Assembly: GCF_009914755.1 (NCBI RefSeq)
Contig: NC_060944.1
DNA length: 64,000 nucleotides
Origin: the human T2T-CHM13v2.0 reference genome, Homo sapiens
Direction: 5' to 3' (one strand)
A program made the position numbers and the translations under genes. Shown piece by piece: positions 48,679 to 60,019 of this stretch (positions are counted from its first letter, which is position 1; every line of letters starts with the position of its first letter). Below the pieces are notes generated by a model. The model was not told the origin of the DNA, did not search any database, and saw only the letters and a list, made by a program, of their open reading frames with translations.

Positions 48679-51600
48679 ACTGGCCTTCAGCATGCCAGCA
48701 TATGCCAAGATACATTATTGGATAAACCAGGGACCTCAGGTGGGCATGAGAAGGGGAGACACGAGGGGACTGGGCAAGGGCAGCCTGGCCACTCCCCCAA
48801 CTAGAGCAAGACCTGGATCCACCAGGAGCGTCAGAAGGAAGCAGGGCCTAGAACCCACTCCCAGACCTCTCTGCCACCTTCACAAGAAGCCACTCCCTTC
48901 AGATAGAACCATTCCCCAAAATGTGACCAATGGGCAGGGTGGGGGGTTCCACCAGAGAGAATTGCTGGTGGGTTTCAGCATTAAACACTACCACCCATGG
49001 AATGCAAATTGACTTTGTCCCTCCACAAACTGGTCATTTCTCATCACGAAGCCATGACCAGCATGACCTTTACATGTGGATCAACAGCTCTCGGTCCTTT
49101 GACAGCCAGTTCCTTTGACTTGGCCACTTGATAGTGACCATTCAACCTAAGGAGGTGTGACCCAGCGGTGGTACGAGGTGGCTGGACCTCAGTTCTAACG
49201 GTGACAACTTCAGCTAAAGCACGTTTGTTCTGGCTGTCCGTCCTCTGCTTGTGTAACTTTTATTTCCTCAGTGTGAACAGCGCTGCACTTGAGGGACAGG
49301 AAGGGGGTGCTTCCATAGCTGTCATTGCTATGGCGCAAGTTTACTTTTACTCTTCAATTTAAAAATCGGGTCTTCTACATATCTTTGCAACTAGGGAAGA
49401 GAAAGCAGGTCTTTTAATTCCAGAACCGCAGTGCACAAATCATGTTCCAGTGTGGGCTGTGCAGGAGCTCAGTGCCTGGTGGGTTTCAGGTTGCAGGACA
49501 TCTCCCTTGGGGGCTACGTCTGATGCCCTGCAGCCAGCCCTGCCGATGGAGCCCAGCTGCTTCCTGCGTTCTCAATGATGAGTCCTTGTGCCCTGGGCTG
49601 TTAAGGCTGTGCCTCTGCTGTGAGCTGAAACGCTTTCTCTGAAGAGCCCTTACAGTGCAGAAATAGTGTCTTTGGGTCCTGCTGAGCCCCTACCCCCAGC
49701 CCACCGCTGGCACAAGGTGCAGGCACTGGGCACTGCTTGGGGCTTCGCCAGTCACCTGCACTTTCTAACCGCCTGCACTTATTTTCCAATGAAAGGCCAA
49801 TAAAGTCACAAACTTCACTTGCAACCTGTTGGCAAAAGACAGGGAAGGAAAACCAGCCACAAGAAATAACAATCTTGACAAACTTTTTTGCACCTACACA
49901 CAAAGCCTTGCCTTCAGCTCAGAGACTCTTGGACTCAAGACAGTTTGCCCTGCCCTCATGCACACCAAAAATCTTGTCAAAGAGCCAGGAGCTTTCGTCC
50001 AGCAGCTGTCAGGATGGAAACGTGTCTTCCCATTTGCACCCTGCCAAAGGAATGAGCAAGCTGTTTCACAGCCACAGTTATCCATTTTCTGAGACAAAAG
50101 GTTCATATCAGGTAAATCACCTTCATTAGACCACGTTGTGTGTTTTGTGTATGTAAATGACGTCTCTGCCTTGCAGGAGTGGGCACTGCAGAAACTCTGG
50201 CTTCTATGACACGCAGATGCCGAGTGACGTTGCTGAAGGCAGCCTGCTTGCTAAGGCTGCATCTGTTTGCTGTTTCTGACATATCTCCAGCGATCAGGCC
50301 CCTAACACACCACATTCCCTAGGTTTCTTGTTAGAGCCAAACATATAAACCGGCGTATCAAGGTCCCCCAGCGTGGAGAATGAGAATAAAGAGCAAATGT
50401 GATTCTCAAGCAGACACACCAGCTTGAGCATGAGAGCTCTGGTGCGTCTATATGCAGAACCTGCAGAGTTGGGCCAGAACTGAGGTCAAGAGTCAGCCCC
50501 GTGCCACTGCCTTCCTCCTCAACACCACCAGAGAGACTGGAACTGTGCCCCAGTTAGAGAAGTATCGCATTCCTCCTGTCCCCCCAGAGCCCAGCCCAGG
50601 CCCCAGGGAGACCACAACACACAAGAGAGACATGGGCTCTGCCTTGGGGAGCTTACAAGTGAGCAGGAAGGCAACTATTCCGCAAGTGGGTACTCAGATG
50701 TGTGAGCCCTCATGAGCTCGGGAAGCCCGGCATGGGTGTTCCCACAGGGGTCAGGGAATGAATGCTGCTGGCAGGTGCCCAGTCAGCTGTAGCAGCTCCA
50801 CCTTCCTCTCTGCACCCCTTTGCATAGCCCTGGGGATGGCACTAAGGCTGGTGATCATGGCGGGGACACAAAGCCATGACCCTAATGAGCAATGACTCTT
50901 TCAGTTAGCGCTAAGGAAAGGCAATTACAGGAAATTGTGTTCGAAGATGTGGGCGTGTGTGGGAGCACTGCTGCATGAAACAGACTTGGCTCACCACGAC
51001 TTCATTCATTCATTCATTTATTCATTCATTGTCCTAGGAGGCTTCCCATTTTGCATCCCTTTATCTCTGCTCCCTCCAGAATTGTCCATAGTGAGCTCTG
51101 AAGCTCAGTTCCAAGACAAAAAGTTGGGGAGGAAAAAAATAAAAACTAGCTTTTAAGATCCGAAAGTTAGAGGAGCGAGAAGGAAGCCAAGCAGCGGCAG
51201 GCATCCCTTCCCCACACGACACAGACTTCCAGAGCTCAGAGACCATGGAAGATGCAGGTTCACGTCATGAGCCATCTCTGAGTGTGAGCCTTTCTGGTCC
51301 ACTGCAGAGGTGTTGGTGTGTTTTAGCTGGTGTGTTTGAGTGAATGACATGCCGACTCCCATACTCACCTATAAAACCTAGTAATGTCACTGACCTTAGG
51401 TGGAAATGGGACCCGGTAGAAATCTGGCTTTCTGGAGACGGCCATGAGAACGAGCTAGGACATTCTGCCAGGGTAGTCCTGACCACAGGGGGCCCGCGGG
51501 TGGCTTGGGAGTCAACCCTCCTCAGCATCACGTGGGCTCCCGTGGCTCAGTGCTTTGGTAGCATCTCACCCCATCTGCCAAATGAGCCATTTTACTCCGG

Positions 51601-52329
51601 TGATCCCTCCATGGTGGCCTCCAAAACCTCCATGTTTCCATCTCCTCGTGACCCCAAGAATCATGAATTTGATTACACCAACACCTGGTCATGTCATTGA
51701 GCACTCAGGAATATAGGTGTTAGTTTTGTATCAAATGATTTTATTGATGGATGAATTTTACTAACGCCAACCATGTCCAGGGTGGGGACGGTCAGGAAGT
51801 GAATGACTCATGGCCACAGCAGGTGAGGCAGCTGAGGAGGAAGGTTTCAGGTGTCCTCCAGTGGTTTTCATGATCTTATGCCGGAGTTTCTCTCGGGGAA
51901 ATGGGAACTGTCATTGCCTTCCGCACACCTCCAGTGGGTAGCAGAGATTCAATAAGATAGATAGAAATATGCTTTAGAAAATTACGAGTTATTCAAATAA
52001 ACAAGCACACCATTCTTGGGTAGAAAGAGCAGCACTAGAGGAGTCTTATCTAGCCCATCCCTCAGTACTCGTGCTGGAGATCCCAGACCCCACACTGATG
52101 GAACTCAGTTGGGCTACTTCCAGCCTTCTCTTATTCCCTTGGGGCCAAGTAGAAAAGAAGTCTGTCTTCCCTGCGGTGTGGGGGAGCAGCAGCAGGCCCC
52201 AGCCCCACATTTGTTTCTTGCAGTTAAAGAACTGCCCTGGTCATAGCAGGGGTGAGCACAGTTTCCCCCTCAGCCTTCTCTGCATCAACAATGCCTTTTT
52301 CTGAATCAGGAGCCGTAGATGAGCCCTCC

Positions 52330-52388
52330 ACTCACTGCTTGTTCCGACTTGCTTACAATGACTTCCTTTTTCTTCTCCAACTCTGCAG
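52330..52388 (+). promoter_or_regulatory. SYNDIG1: 3' splice site of the SYNDIG1 last exon (branch-point candidates, polypyrimidine tract, AG)
   Basis: cttcctttttcttctccaactctgcag|ACC. No AG between 52324 and 52386. Branch-like CTTAC (52352-52356) and ATGAC (52358-52362). Confidence 0.9.
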
Positions 52389-52547
52389 ACCAACAAAGCC
52401 GTGGCCAAGGGGGACTTGCACCAGGCCAGCACCAGCTCCCGGCGGGCCCTATTCCTGGCAGTGCTGTCCATCACCATTGGGACTGGCGTCTATGTGGGCG
52501 TGGCCGTGGCCCTCATCGCCTACCTCTCCAAGAACAACCACCTGTGA
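52389..52547 (+). CDS. SYNDIG1: Last coding exon of synapse differentiation inducing 1 (C-terminal 52 aa, CD225/dispanin hydrophobic segment)
   Basis: After a pyrimidine tract and CAG (AG 52387-52388), phase-0 translation gives [55 protein letters not shown](52545-52547), which I recognise as the SYNDIG1 C-terminus. It is absent from the ORF track because the exon has no start codon. Confidence 0.96.
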   Translation, partial: TNKAVAKGDLHQASTSSRRALFLAVLSITIGTGVYVGVAVALIAYLSKNNHL

Positions 52548-53650
52548 GCTTCCTGCGAATGGAGGGGGAGCACCCGGGGCCAGGTCTGTGTGGACGTGGA
52601 GGAAGCAGGCATACCGCATGATGCTGTACAGTACAAATGATTGCCAAATGATGCCACGAAGCCCTGGGATTTCCTACCCATGGATTTATTTTGTTTTTAT
52701 CCTTTAATTTCATGTTCACAGCACTGTGTAGAGCACCAGACAGACGGGCACTGCTAATCCTTCCAAAGGAAAGCTCCAAAGATCCCAGCCCGCAAGGCTG
52801 TCTCTGGATGGATTCTGGTGGATGAATGGCAACGCGGCTCTCTGCAGCCTGCCAGTGCCCAGAGTGCCACCGCATTAGCAATATACAAACAGTCCAAAAA
52901 AGTGTTTATTTTTTATGGAATACGGTGCAATAGGCAGAGGACAAGGGACACATCACTCTTCTGTCTGTGGCCCTGCTGGAGTCCTTTGTGCCCCCCGGAG
53001 TCCACACGCCTTCCCTGCAAGACGAGAATGGGGCTGGGAAGAAAGAGGCAACACCACGGCTGGCAGGAGCCCCGCTGCACTGCTCTGCAGACCCATTGGC
53101 CTGACCCTGAGAAGCAGAGCCAGCAAAGCCCGGGACCTGCCCCTCTTTCTTTCCCTTCACACCACCCCAGCCTCAGGATGTCAAGCCACCTCCGGAACGT
53201 GTCTACACTCCACAGCTACCCCGCAGCAATACGCACTCTTGGGACCTCGCTGATCTAGGATGGGGAGGCAGGCCACCGCCCCTCCCAAGACTCCTCAAGA
53301 AAGAGCCCCGCGGTTGCTCCGGAAACTCGAGGCACTGCAGCTATGGGCACTGCCTCAGCCTAAAGACACAGGGGCGCCTCCCAATCACCGCGCTGGCGGA
53401 TGCTCACCCCGTCATAAGCAGAAACTAGTGATCCTGGAAATGAGATGGGCCTTACTCTGTCGACTAAATGAATAGCTATTTTCTTGTCATTTTTTAAAGT
53501 GCAACTCTTGCTTCATGCTGCTTAAGTTACCAGATGAATGCTGAGAAATAAGTAATCACAGACATTTTAATACCATTTCATTGCTGTTTTACGAGTGTTC
53601 ATTACTTAACAAAAAATTATCTTTTAGCTTTTTCGCTTAAGACTTTTCTT
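52548..53650 (+). other. SYNDIG1: SYNDIG1 3'UTR (3' end approximate)
   Basis: Unique sequence after the stop, with an AU/U-rich distal block (53470-53690) before repeats resume. The exact cleavage site cannot be read from sequence. Confidence 0.7.
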
Positions 53651-53829
53651 TCTGATGAATAGCTGTCGTTGGGTTTCATTTATACTTTCCCCTTGTGGTT
53701 TAAGGAACTGCAGAGCCACCCAGGCCTCCACTGCTGAAATAGTAGGGGGGTCTCAAGGAGAACCAAAGTCCCTGCCGCTTCAATTTCCACCAGTAAATAT
53801 GATCGTCCTAATCCCCTCAGTGGACACAG

Positions 53830-53967
53830 AGACCCCCTCTCCAGGACGGTGGCTCCACCGGCAGCACTTCGCAAATTCCTGAGGCCTGGGTCAGCCCCAG
53901 GCTGACTTGATGGGTCAGGATGTGGCCTTGTAACTGCAACGTGAAGCCAAGGTTGAGAACCACTGCC
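53830..53967. mobile_element. MER5-like remnant
   Basis: Ends gccaaggttgagaaccactg. Confidence 0.6.
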
Positions 53968-54284
53968 CTGGACTAAGGTCTCTGTGTTTGATCCTTCTGC
54001 CTGAAACTCTCCTCCTTGACCTTGAACATTTAATATTCTGAAAATTATTAGCACTGTCTTCTCGGGTCAAATTTGAGATCCATCTAGCATTTGTCTCTAC
54101 TGGGTGGTTCACAAACACTGTAGGATGTTAACCCTAAGAAGTAGATAAGGAAGCCAGCCAACACCCCTGTAGGAGTTAGAGTCACTGGCCATGGAGGGCA
54201 TAGGTTTAGGTTCAAACCAACCTGGATTTGAATCCAGCTGTGCTACTTTCTAGCTGTGTGATCTTGGGTAAAGGTTTACACCTC

Positions 54285-54592
<308 letters not shown>

Positions 54593-54604
54593 CTACACCT
54601 CTCT

Positions 54605-54688
54605 GAGCTTCGTCTCTAGGAGAGGATAATCAATAAGGCCCATTTTGAGCTTCGTCTCTTGGAGAGGCTAATCAATAAGGCCCATTTT
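54605..54688 (+). repeat. 42-bp tandem duplication
   Basis: gagcttcgtctctaggagaggataatcaataaggcccatttt x2 with 2 mismatches. Confidence 0.92.
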
Positions 54689-55461
54689 GTGGGGTTGCTG
54701 GGGAAGGCACGAGGCACAGACCATCACGCCTGGCAGGAGCAGGTGGTCATGGTTACTATCATGTCCTTGGCTGGCTGTCCCATGGCTGGTCAATGTCCCT
54801 CCATCTCTCAGGGTTCATTTATCACAAGTCATTGTGTCAAATGGGCTTCTTTGCACTTGTCCTGAAATGATCCACTTTAAGTTCAAAGGCTCCCCAAAGG
54901 TGCATACCTTTGGATGTGGTAAAGAAGTAGAACCTGTCTGTATATCCACACCCATCATTTCTGTCTATACTGTCACAGTCACCCTAAGCCAGGCCCTCAG
55001 TGCCAGGTACTTTACCTCTGCTAGATCAACTGCCCATCTTATTCCAGCCTCTGTATTTCCAGATGGAAAAGCCTCAGTTCCCAGGGGCTTGGCCCTAAGT
55101 TGTCAAGCTCTGCCAAGTCTTTCTCAAAGGCTTTACCTATGGGTGTAAATGGTCCTAGGTGGGCACAAGGGACAGGGCCAGCTGAAGGCAGCCATGGGGC
55201 CGAGCAGCTCACCTGGCAGCTAGGCACAGTGTGTGACAGCCCTGCGACTGGCTTGGCCTTGGCGGCAGGGAAAGTGACTGAAGGTCATCTTTGGTGGTTG
55301 TGTTAGTGACTGCTGTCAGCTGAGCCATCTTCCGAGTGTGCCGGAGCGACCTGCACCTCCCTAAACCTGCATCATTGCTGTTAGGCCCACGTGGCATCCA
55401 CTAAGCACAGCTATGCCAGGAACACATGACCTCGCCTCATCCTCCCAATAGTCCCAGGAGG

Positions 55462-55765
55462 GAGGTGTCCCCACCTCCTCCCCAGGTGTCCCTGCCTTCC
55501 GAGGCATCCCCCCACCTCCCCAGGCATCCTCATATCCCAGGTGCCCCCACCTCCCCAGGCATCACCACCTCCCCAGGTACCCCCACGTCCCCAGGCATCC
55601 CCGCCTCCCCAGGTACCCCCGCCTCCCCAGGTACCCCTCCTCCCCAGGAATACCCGCCTCCCCGGGTACCCCCACCTCCCCAGGTACCCCCGCCTCCCCA
55701 GGCGTCCCTACCTCCGCAGGCATCCCTACCTCCCCAGGTACCCCCGCCTCCCCAGGCATCCCCAA
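55462..55765 (+). repeat. C-rich minisatellite, ~18-bp unit (cccccgcctccccaggta)
   Basis: About 16-17 degenerate tandem copies. Confidence 0.92.
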
Positions 55766-57604
55766 CTTCAGCAAGTGTCCCAAATGACTTGACCAGATGT
55801 CATACCCCAGCTATTCCCAGGGAACTACAGTGGGTTCTGAGGAGAACATGGTGGGGGAGGACCCATCATTGGTCACCATGCCATCTGCAGCTGCCACAGA
55901 CAGGCCACACAGCTAACCAGGAACCAGGCCCCCTGACACCAGGACCAGCCCCTCCAGAGCTGGGACAGGGCTTCCCTCAAACTCAGCCAGCTCTGCAAGT
56001 GGCCCTGCCCTCTGCAGCAGCCTCTGGGTTTAAAATGACCAGCGGAGCAATCTTCCTGCTTGCCAATCGCCACTCCCATGCCCTGGATACCAATGTCAAG
56101 TGGAGCGTGCACGGAGGCCATGGCCAAAGCCACCCTCCAGAGCCGTGACCTAAGTTCAGGATCTGACCCCTGAGGTTTCATAGCATCCCTTAGAGGCTCC
56201 TAGTGGATGGGCTGAAATGCCTGTCCTTATGAGGACATTTTTGTGCTTCCCTCTTTCCCTCAAAGTCCACCTGCATTAGTTGCCATCAGTGCTGACATCT
56301 GTTGATCCAATTTGCCAATAAGCCATTAACTGTCCCTTTATAGCCTGAGCTGAGGCTGAACCCTTGGAAATCACAGCCGTCCCATCTCCTACCTAGGGAT
56401 GCCTCCATGCGCTACTTTGTGCTGATAACACTGGGATCAATTGCATCAGGCGGTGGCTGTGCTGTCCCCACCCCCGTGACCTCCTGGAAGTTCCTCCCTG
56501 CTCTTCAGAGTGAGCTTGGCTGTCCAAGGGGTGGGGGTTTCACTCCCCTGAGGCTCTTGTCTGAATATTCTGCTCATCTTTGAAAGTAATGGTGGATGCT
56601 AGACCAAGACAAAGGAGGTCTTCAGACTGAGGGCTCCCTGCCAAACAAGCATGTCCATTGAGTAATGAATTTGTCAACTGCCTGAGCCTCACAGGAAAGA
56701 GTCAAAGCTCCCTGTGGGGAGAGGAAGAAGGGGCAGGAGCTGCTGACCCTGCATTTAAGGTGCAGCGGGACTCAGGACCACAGGGGTGGCTTCACTTTCC
56801 CACAGGAGTGAGGGACGGGCATGGCATGGGGCATCAGAACAGGGTGGGAAATGAGAAGGTTGAGTACAGCTGCCCCATGCACAAGGGGATGGGGGTGGCT
56901 GGGATGGAGCTCCAGGCAGGTATGCATAATGGGATGACCCCCCTGGGCGGGGGAAGACCCTGAGGGCTCTAAGGATTTGCCCAAACCTACCTGGTGGAAA
57001 AGAAGCAGACGGGTGTGAATGTGGATGACTCCACGCAGAAGCACCAGACTAGAGACATTCCCAGTGGGTGGGGCCGGGCTTGGCTTTCCAAACCCAAACA
57101 ACAGGAGAGGGGCGATTCATGCTGTGGGGAAACCTGTATTTTCTTGAGCTGAAAACTGGGAAACCAGCCTCTACTCCAGGAGAAAGGCCAAGGGCTCAAT
57201 CCTTTGGGTTTTGTTGCTGCTCCTGCTGATGGTGTTTGGTGTGTTTTGTTTGTTTTGTTTCGTTTTGGTGTGGTTTGATTTGGTTTTGAAGGCCCATGGG
57301 GTAGGACAGCTTTTTTCAGGAAACCTTTAAAGGCCCAAGGACAGCAGCGTGCAGGAAAGGTTGAGTCCTGGCCTTCACACTGGGGACACAGACCCACACC
57401 CGCTCCAGGATGCCCACCGTGAGCCTCTCACGTTGGTCTGAGGGTAGCCTGAAGGGCCTCTAGGCACTGTTGACAGCTGTCTCTGGTCACTTCTGTCCAG
57501 CAGAGGCCACAGACCCACCACAGTGCCTATGGCTGCACATGCTGGCAGCTCCACAGGAGAGAATGAGGAATGTGAAGAGCTGAATCCACGAGACCTGTGC
57601 TCAG

Positions 57605-57845
57605 CTCCCAGAGCAGGCTCGTACCCAGGGCTCCCAGGGTGGGCTCATGCCCAGGGCTCCCGGGATGGGGGGTGGTCCCAGGGAGGACCCGTGCCCAGGG
57701 CTCCCAGGGTGGGGTCCCAGGGTAGGCTCTTGTACAGGGCTCCCAGGGTGGGCTAGTGCACAGAGCTCCCAGGGTGGGGTCCCAGGGTGGGCTGGTGTGC
57801 AGGGCTCCCAAGGCAGGCTCTTTCCCAGGGCTCTCAGGGCAGGCT
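57605..57845 (+). repeat. Degenerate G-rich tandem repeat (core cagggctcccagggtggg)
   Basis: Core recurs about 7-8 times with variable spacers. Confidence 0.8.
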
Positions 57846-59824
57846 TGCTTGCTCGCTCACACACTCCAGCACAGCTGGAGCATCCACTGCCGGGCCTTCC
57901 CATCACGGCCCTAAAGCCATTAGTTAGGAGCGACAAGGACAATGTCTTTGTCCTGATTCTGACCAAGGTCCTTTCTGACTTTCATTGCAGGCAACTCAAT
58001 TGCCTAATGTGTGTCTACAGTCACCATGTTGTGTTCAAATATCACAACAAGGAGCCACAGGCACACAGTTCCCACATTAGATCTGAATAGTTGCCTTGAC
58101 CTGTTCTTGAGATTTCTGCCTCTGCTCCAATCCAGGACAAGTGCTGTGGCTGCCCTGGCATCAGGCCTGGCTTCTCAGTGCCACTGCCCCTGCCCCAGCA
58201 ATGCAGGGGCAAACATGGTGGATCTGGGCTGCAGACTACGAGACAAGTGTCCCCTTAGCTGAGCATGTCGTCAATCTCCTCCGTCACCCGCATGCCCTTT
58301 GCTCCAGCACAGAATGAGCCCAGGGCTGCGCTTGCCCAGGACAGAGAGAATTCAACAACTGGGCCTACACTCAGTCAGTAAAGGCTGAGTGAAAATGAGG
58401 TGCTCTGGGAGGTGCCAGATAGGTCCTGGAGGGCTTATCCCCTGCACCTCCTACTGTGTCTAGGGGATTGCACTTTGCTTTTTACTGAAACCAGGTCACT
58501 GGGGGCAAATTTGAATATACATAGACAGAGATAGAAATAAGATATTTAAGAAAGAGAGAGGTGACACAAAATCACGGTATCTGCACCACTTCCCCCAGCT
58601 CCAAGCCAGCGCTCTCCATTCTGATCAGCCTTTGCTTATGACACCTCAGGACACCAGAGTCCAACTTATGACACAGCCAAAAAATGGACAATGATTTGAA
58701 TCTGTTGTCTATATATGCCAGAGCATCCATATTTGGGTTCCAATTATTTTATTAAACCATTCAAGATTTGCAGGTGGAACAAGATGGTCCCAGTTCCCCT
58801 AAGTCACCTGAGCTAATGTCTTCATTCCCTGGATAGAGTTGGCACATTTTAAGCATCATCTATTTTTCTACTGAACTGGCTGATGAAGTGTTCCTGCTAA
58901 GTAGGAAGAATCTGCTAAGGTGGGCCCCGACTTGCTGAGGGCTGAATTGGCGGAAGGGCTGCTGAGGAGCTGGGAGACCTCTCCTGCTTAGCACAGCGAG
59001 CGACTCTTCCATTATTCTCTCAAGATGTCCTTCTGTCATTAGCGACAAGGGATGGTCACTATCCCACCACAGTCTTTAACGTAGAAAAGAGATGAGGCTC
59101 ACTTGCCCTTCTTTTTAGTCCATAATGGAATAATGGGAAGGAATTAAATGTAAAGCTTTGTTATTACTCCCAGAGAAGAATCCAGCTCTTCAGGTATTCT
59201 AAACCAACTCTCCATCTGGCGTTTGTAGATTCTCAAACAATAGGTGCTTTAAAAATAATACATATCTTAAATTTGAAGAGTGCATTGCAAACTGGTCTGT
59301 TTCATATTCTCAGCAGTCCTGTGCCACATCTGAAATGGAACTCAAAAGGCTGTTTCCCTCAACACCCCCGGGTGACAAACCCGGATTTGGGCTCAGCCAA
59401 GGAGCAGTGAGGCCAGTGCCCCATAATCACGGTTGCAAGATGGCCACAGCACTCCCTGAGTCTCGTCCCGCTGAGACCCCAGCAAAGAGGGTCTCAGTGC
59501 AGGCTGTGTTCACCCCTGCACTGAGCATCCCCTTTGGGGAGTATGTGGTACCAGGATGATTTGCACCAGGAGAGAAGCTGGGGATGTCAGGCTTCTTCCA
59601 AATGCCCTGCCCTGATGTGTGGCTTCCCCCGGAGCAGGTGCAGCCTTTCAGGCATGAAAGGGACCTCCCCACAACCCCCACCCCAAGGCTTCATCTGAGT
59701 CCAGTTCACAAGAAAGTGGTGACTGCAGTGGTTGACGTGGAAGGCAAAGGCCTGGAGAATATGCAGCCGGGGGCCTGGGTGAGCCATCCATGCTCGGGGA
59801 TAACAGAGGTCTGACAGCAAATAG

Positions 59825-60019
59825 AATCAGCAACCGGTGTCAGCTTTGTACCCACTCCTGGGAGATACTTGTGAATGTTTGGGGAGACATTTTTGGTTAT
59901 CACAACTACCCCTCTTATGGATAGAGTCAGGGATGCTGCTCAACATCCTACAATGCCCAGGACAACCCCCACAAAGAGAGCTAGCTGACCCCAAACCTCA
60001 GCAATGCTGAGAATCCCTG
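59825..60019. mobile_element. MER20 DNA transposon
   Basis: ggagacatttttggttatcacaact...cagggatgctgctcaacatcctacaatgcccaggaca. Confidence 0.85.

Noticed and set aside
47954-48715. 253-aa and 194-aa low-complexity ORFs
   Set aside because: Translations of the polypurine tract.
52252-52707. Track ORFs 52252-52707 and 52319-52621 as the gene product
   Set aside because: Wrong frames. The recognisable SYNDIG1 peptide is in the third frame starting at the splice acceptor.
55426-56148. 240-aa proline-rich ORF
   Set aside because: The first half is the C-rich minisatellite, and there is no recognisable domain.
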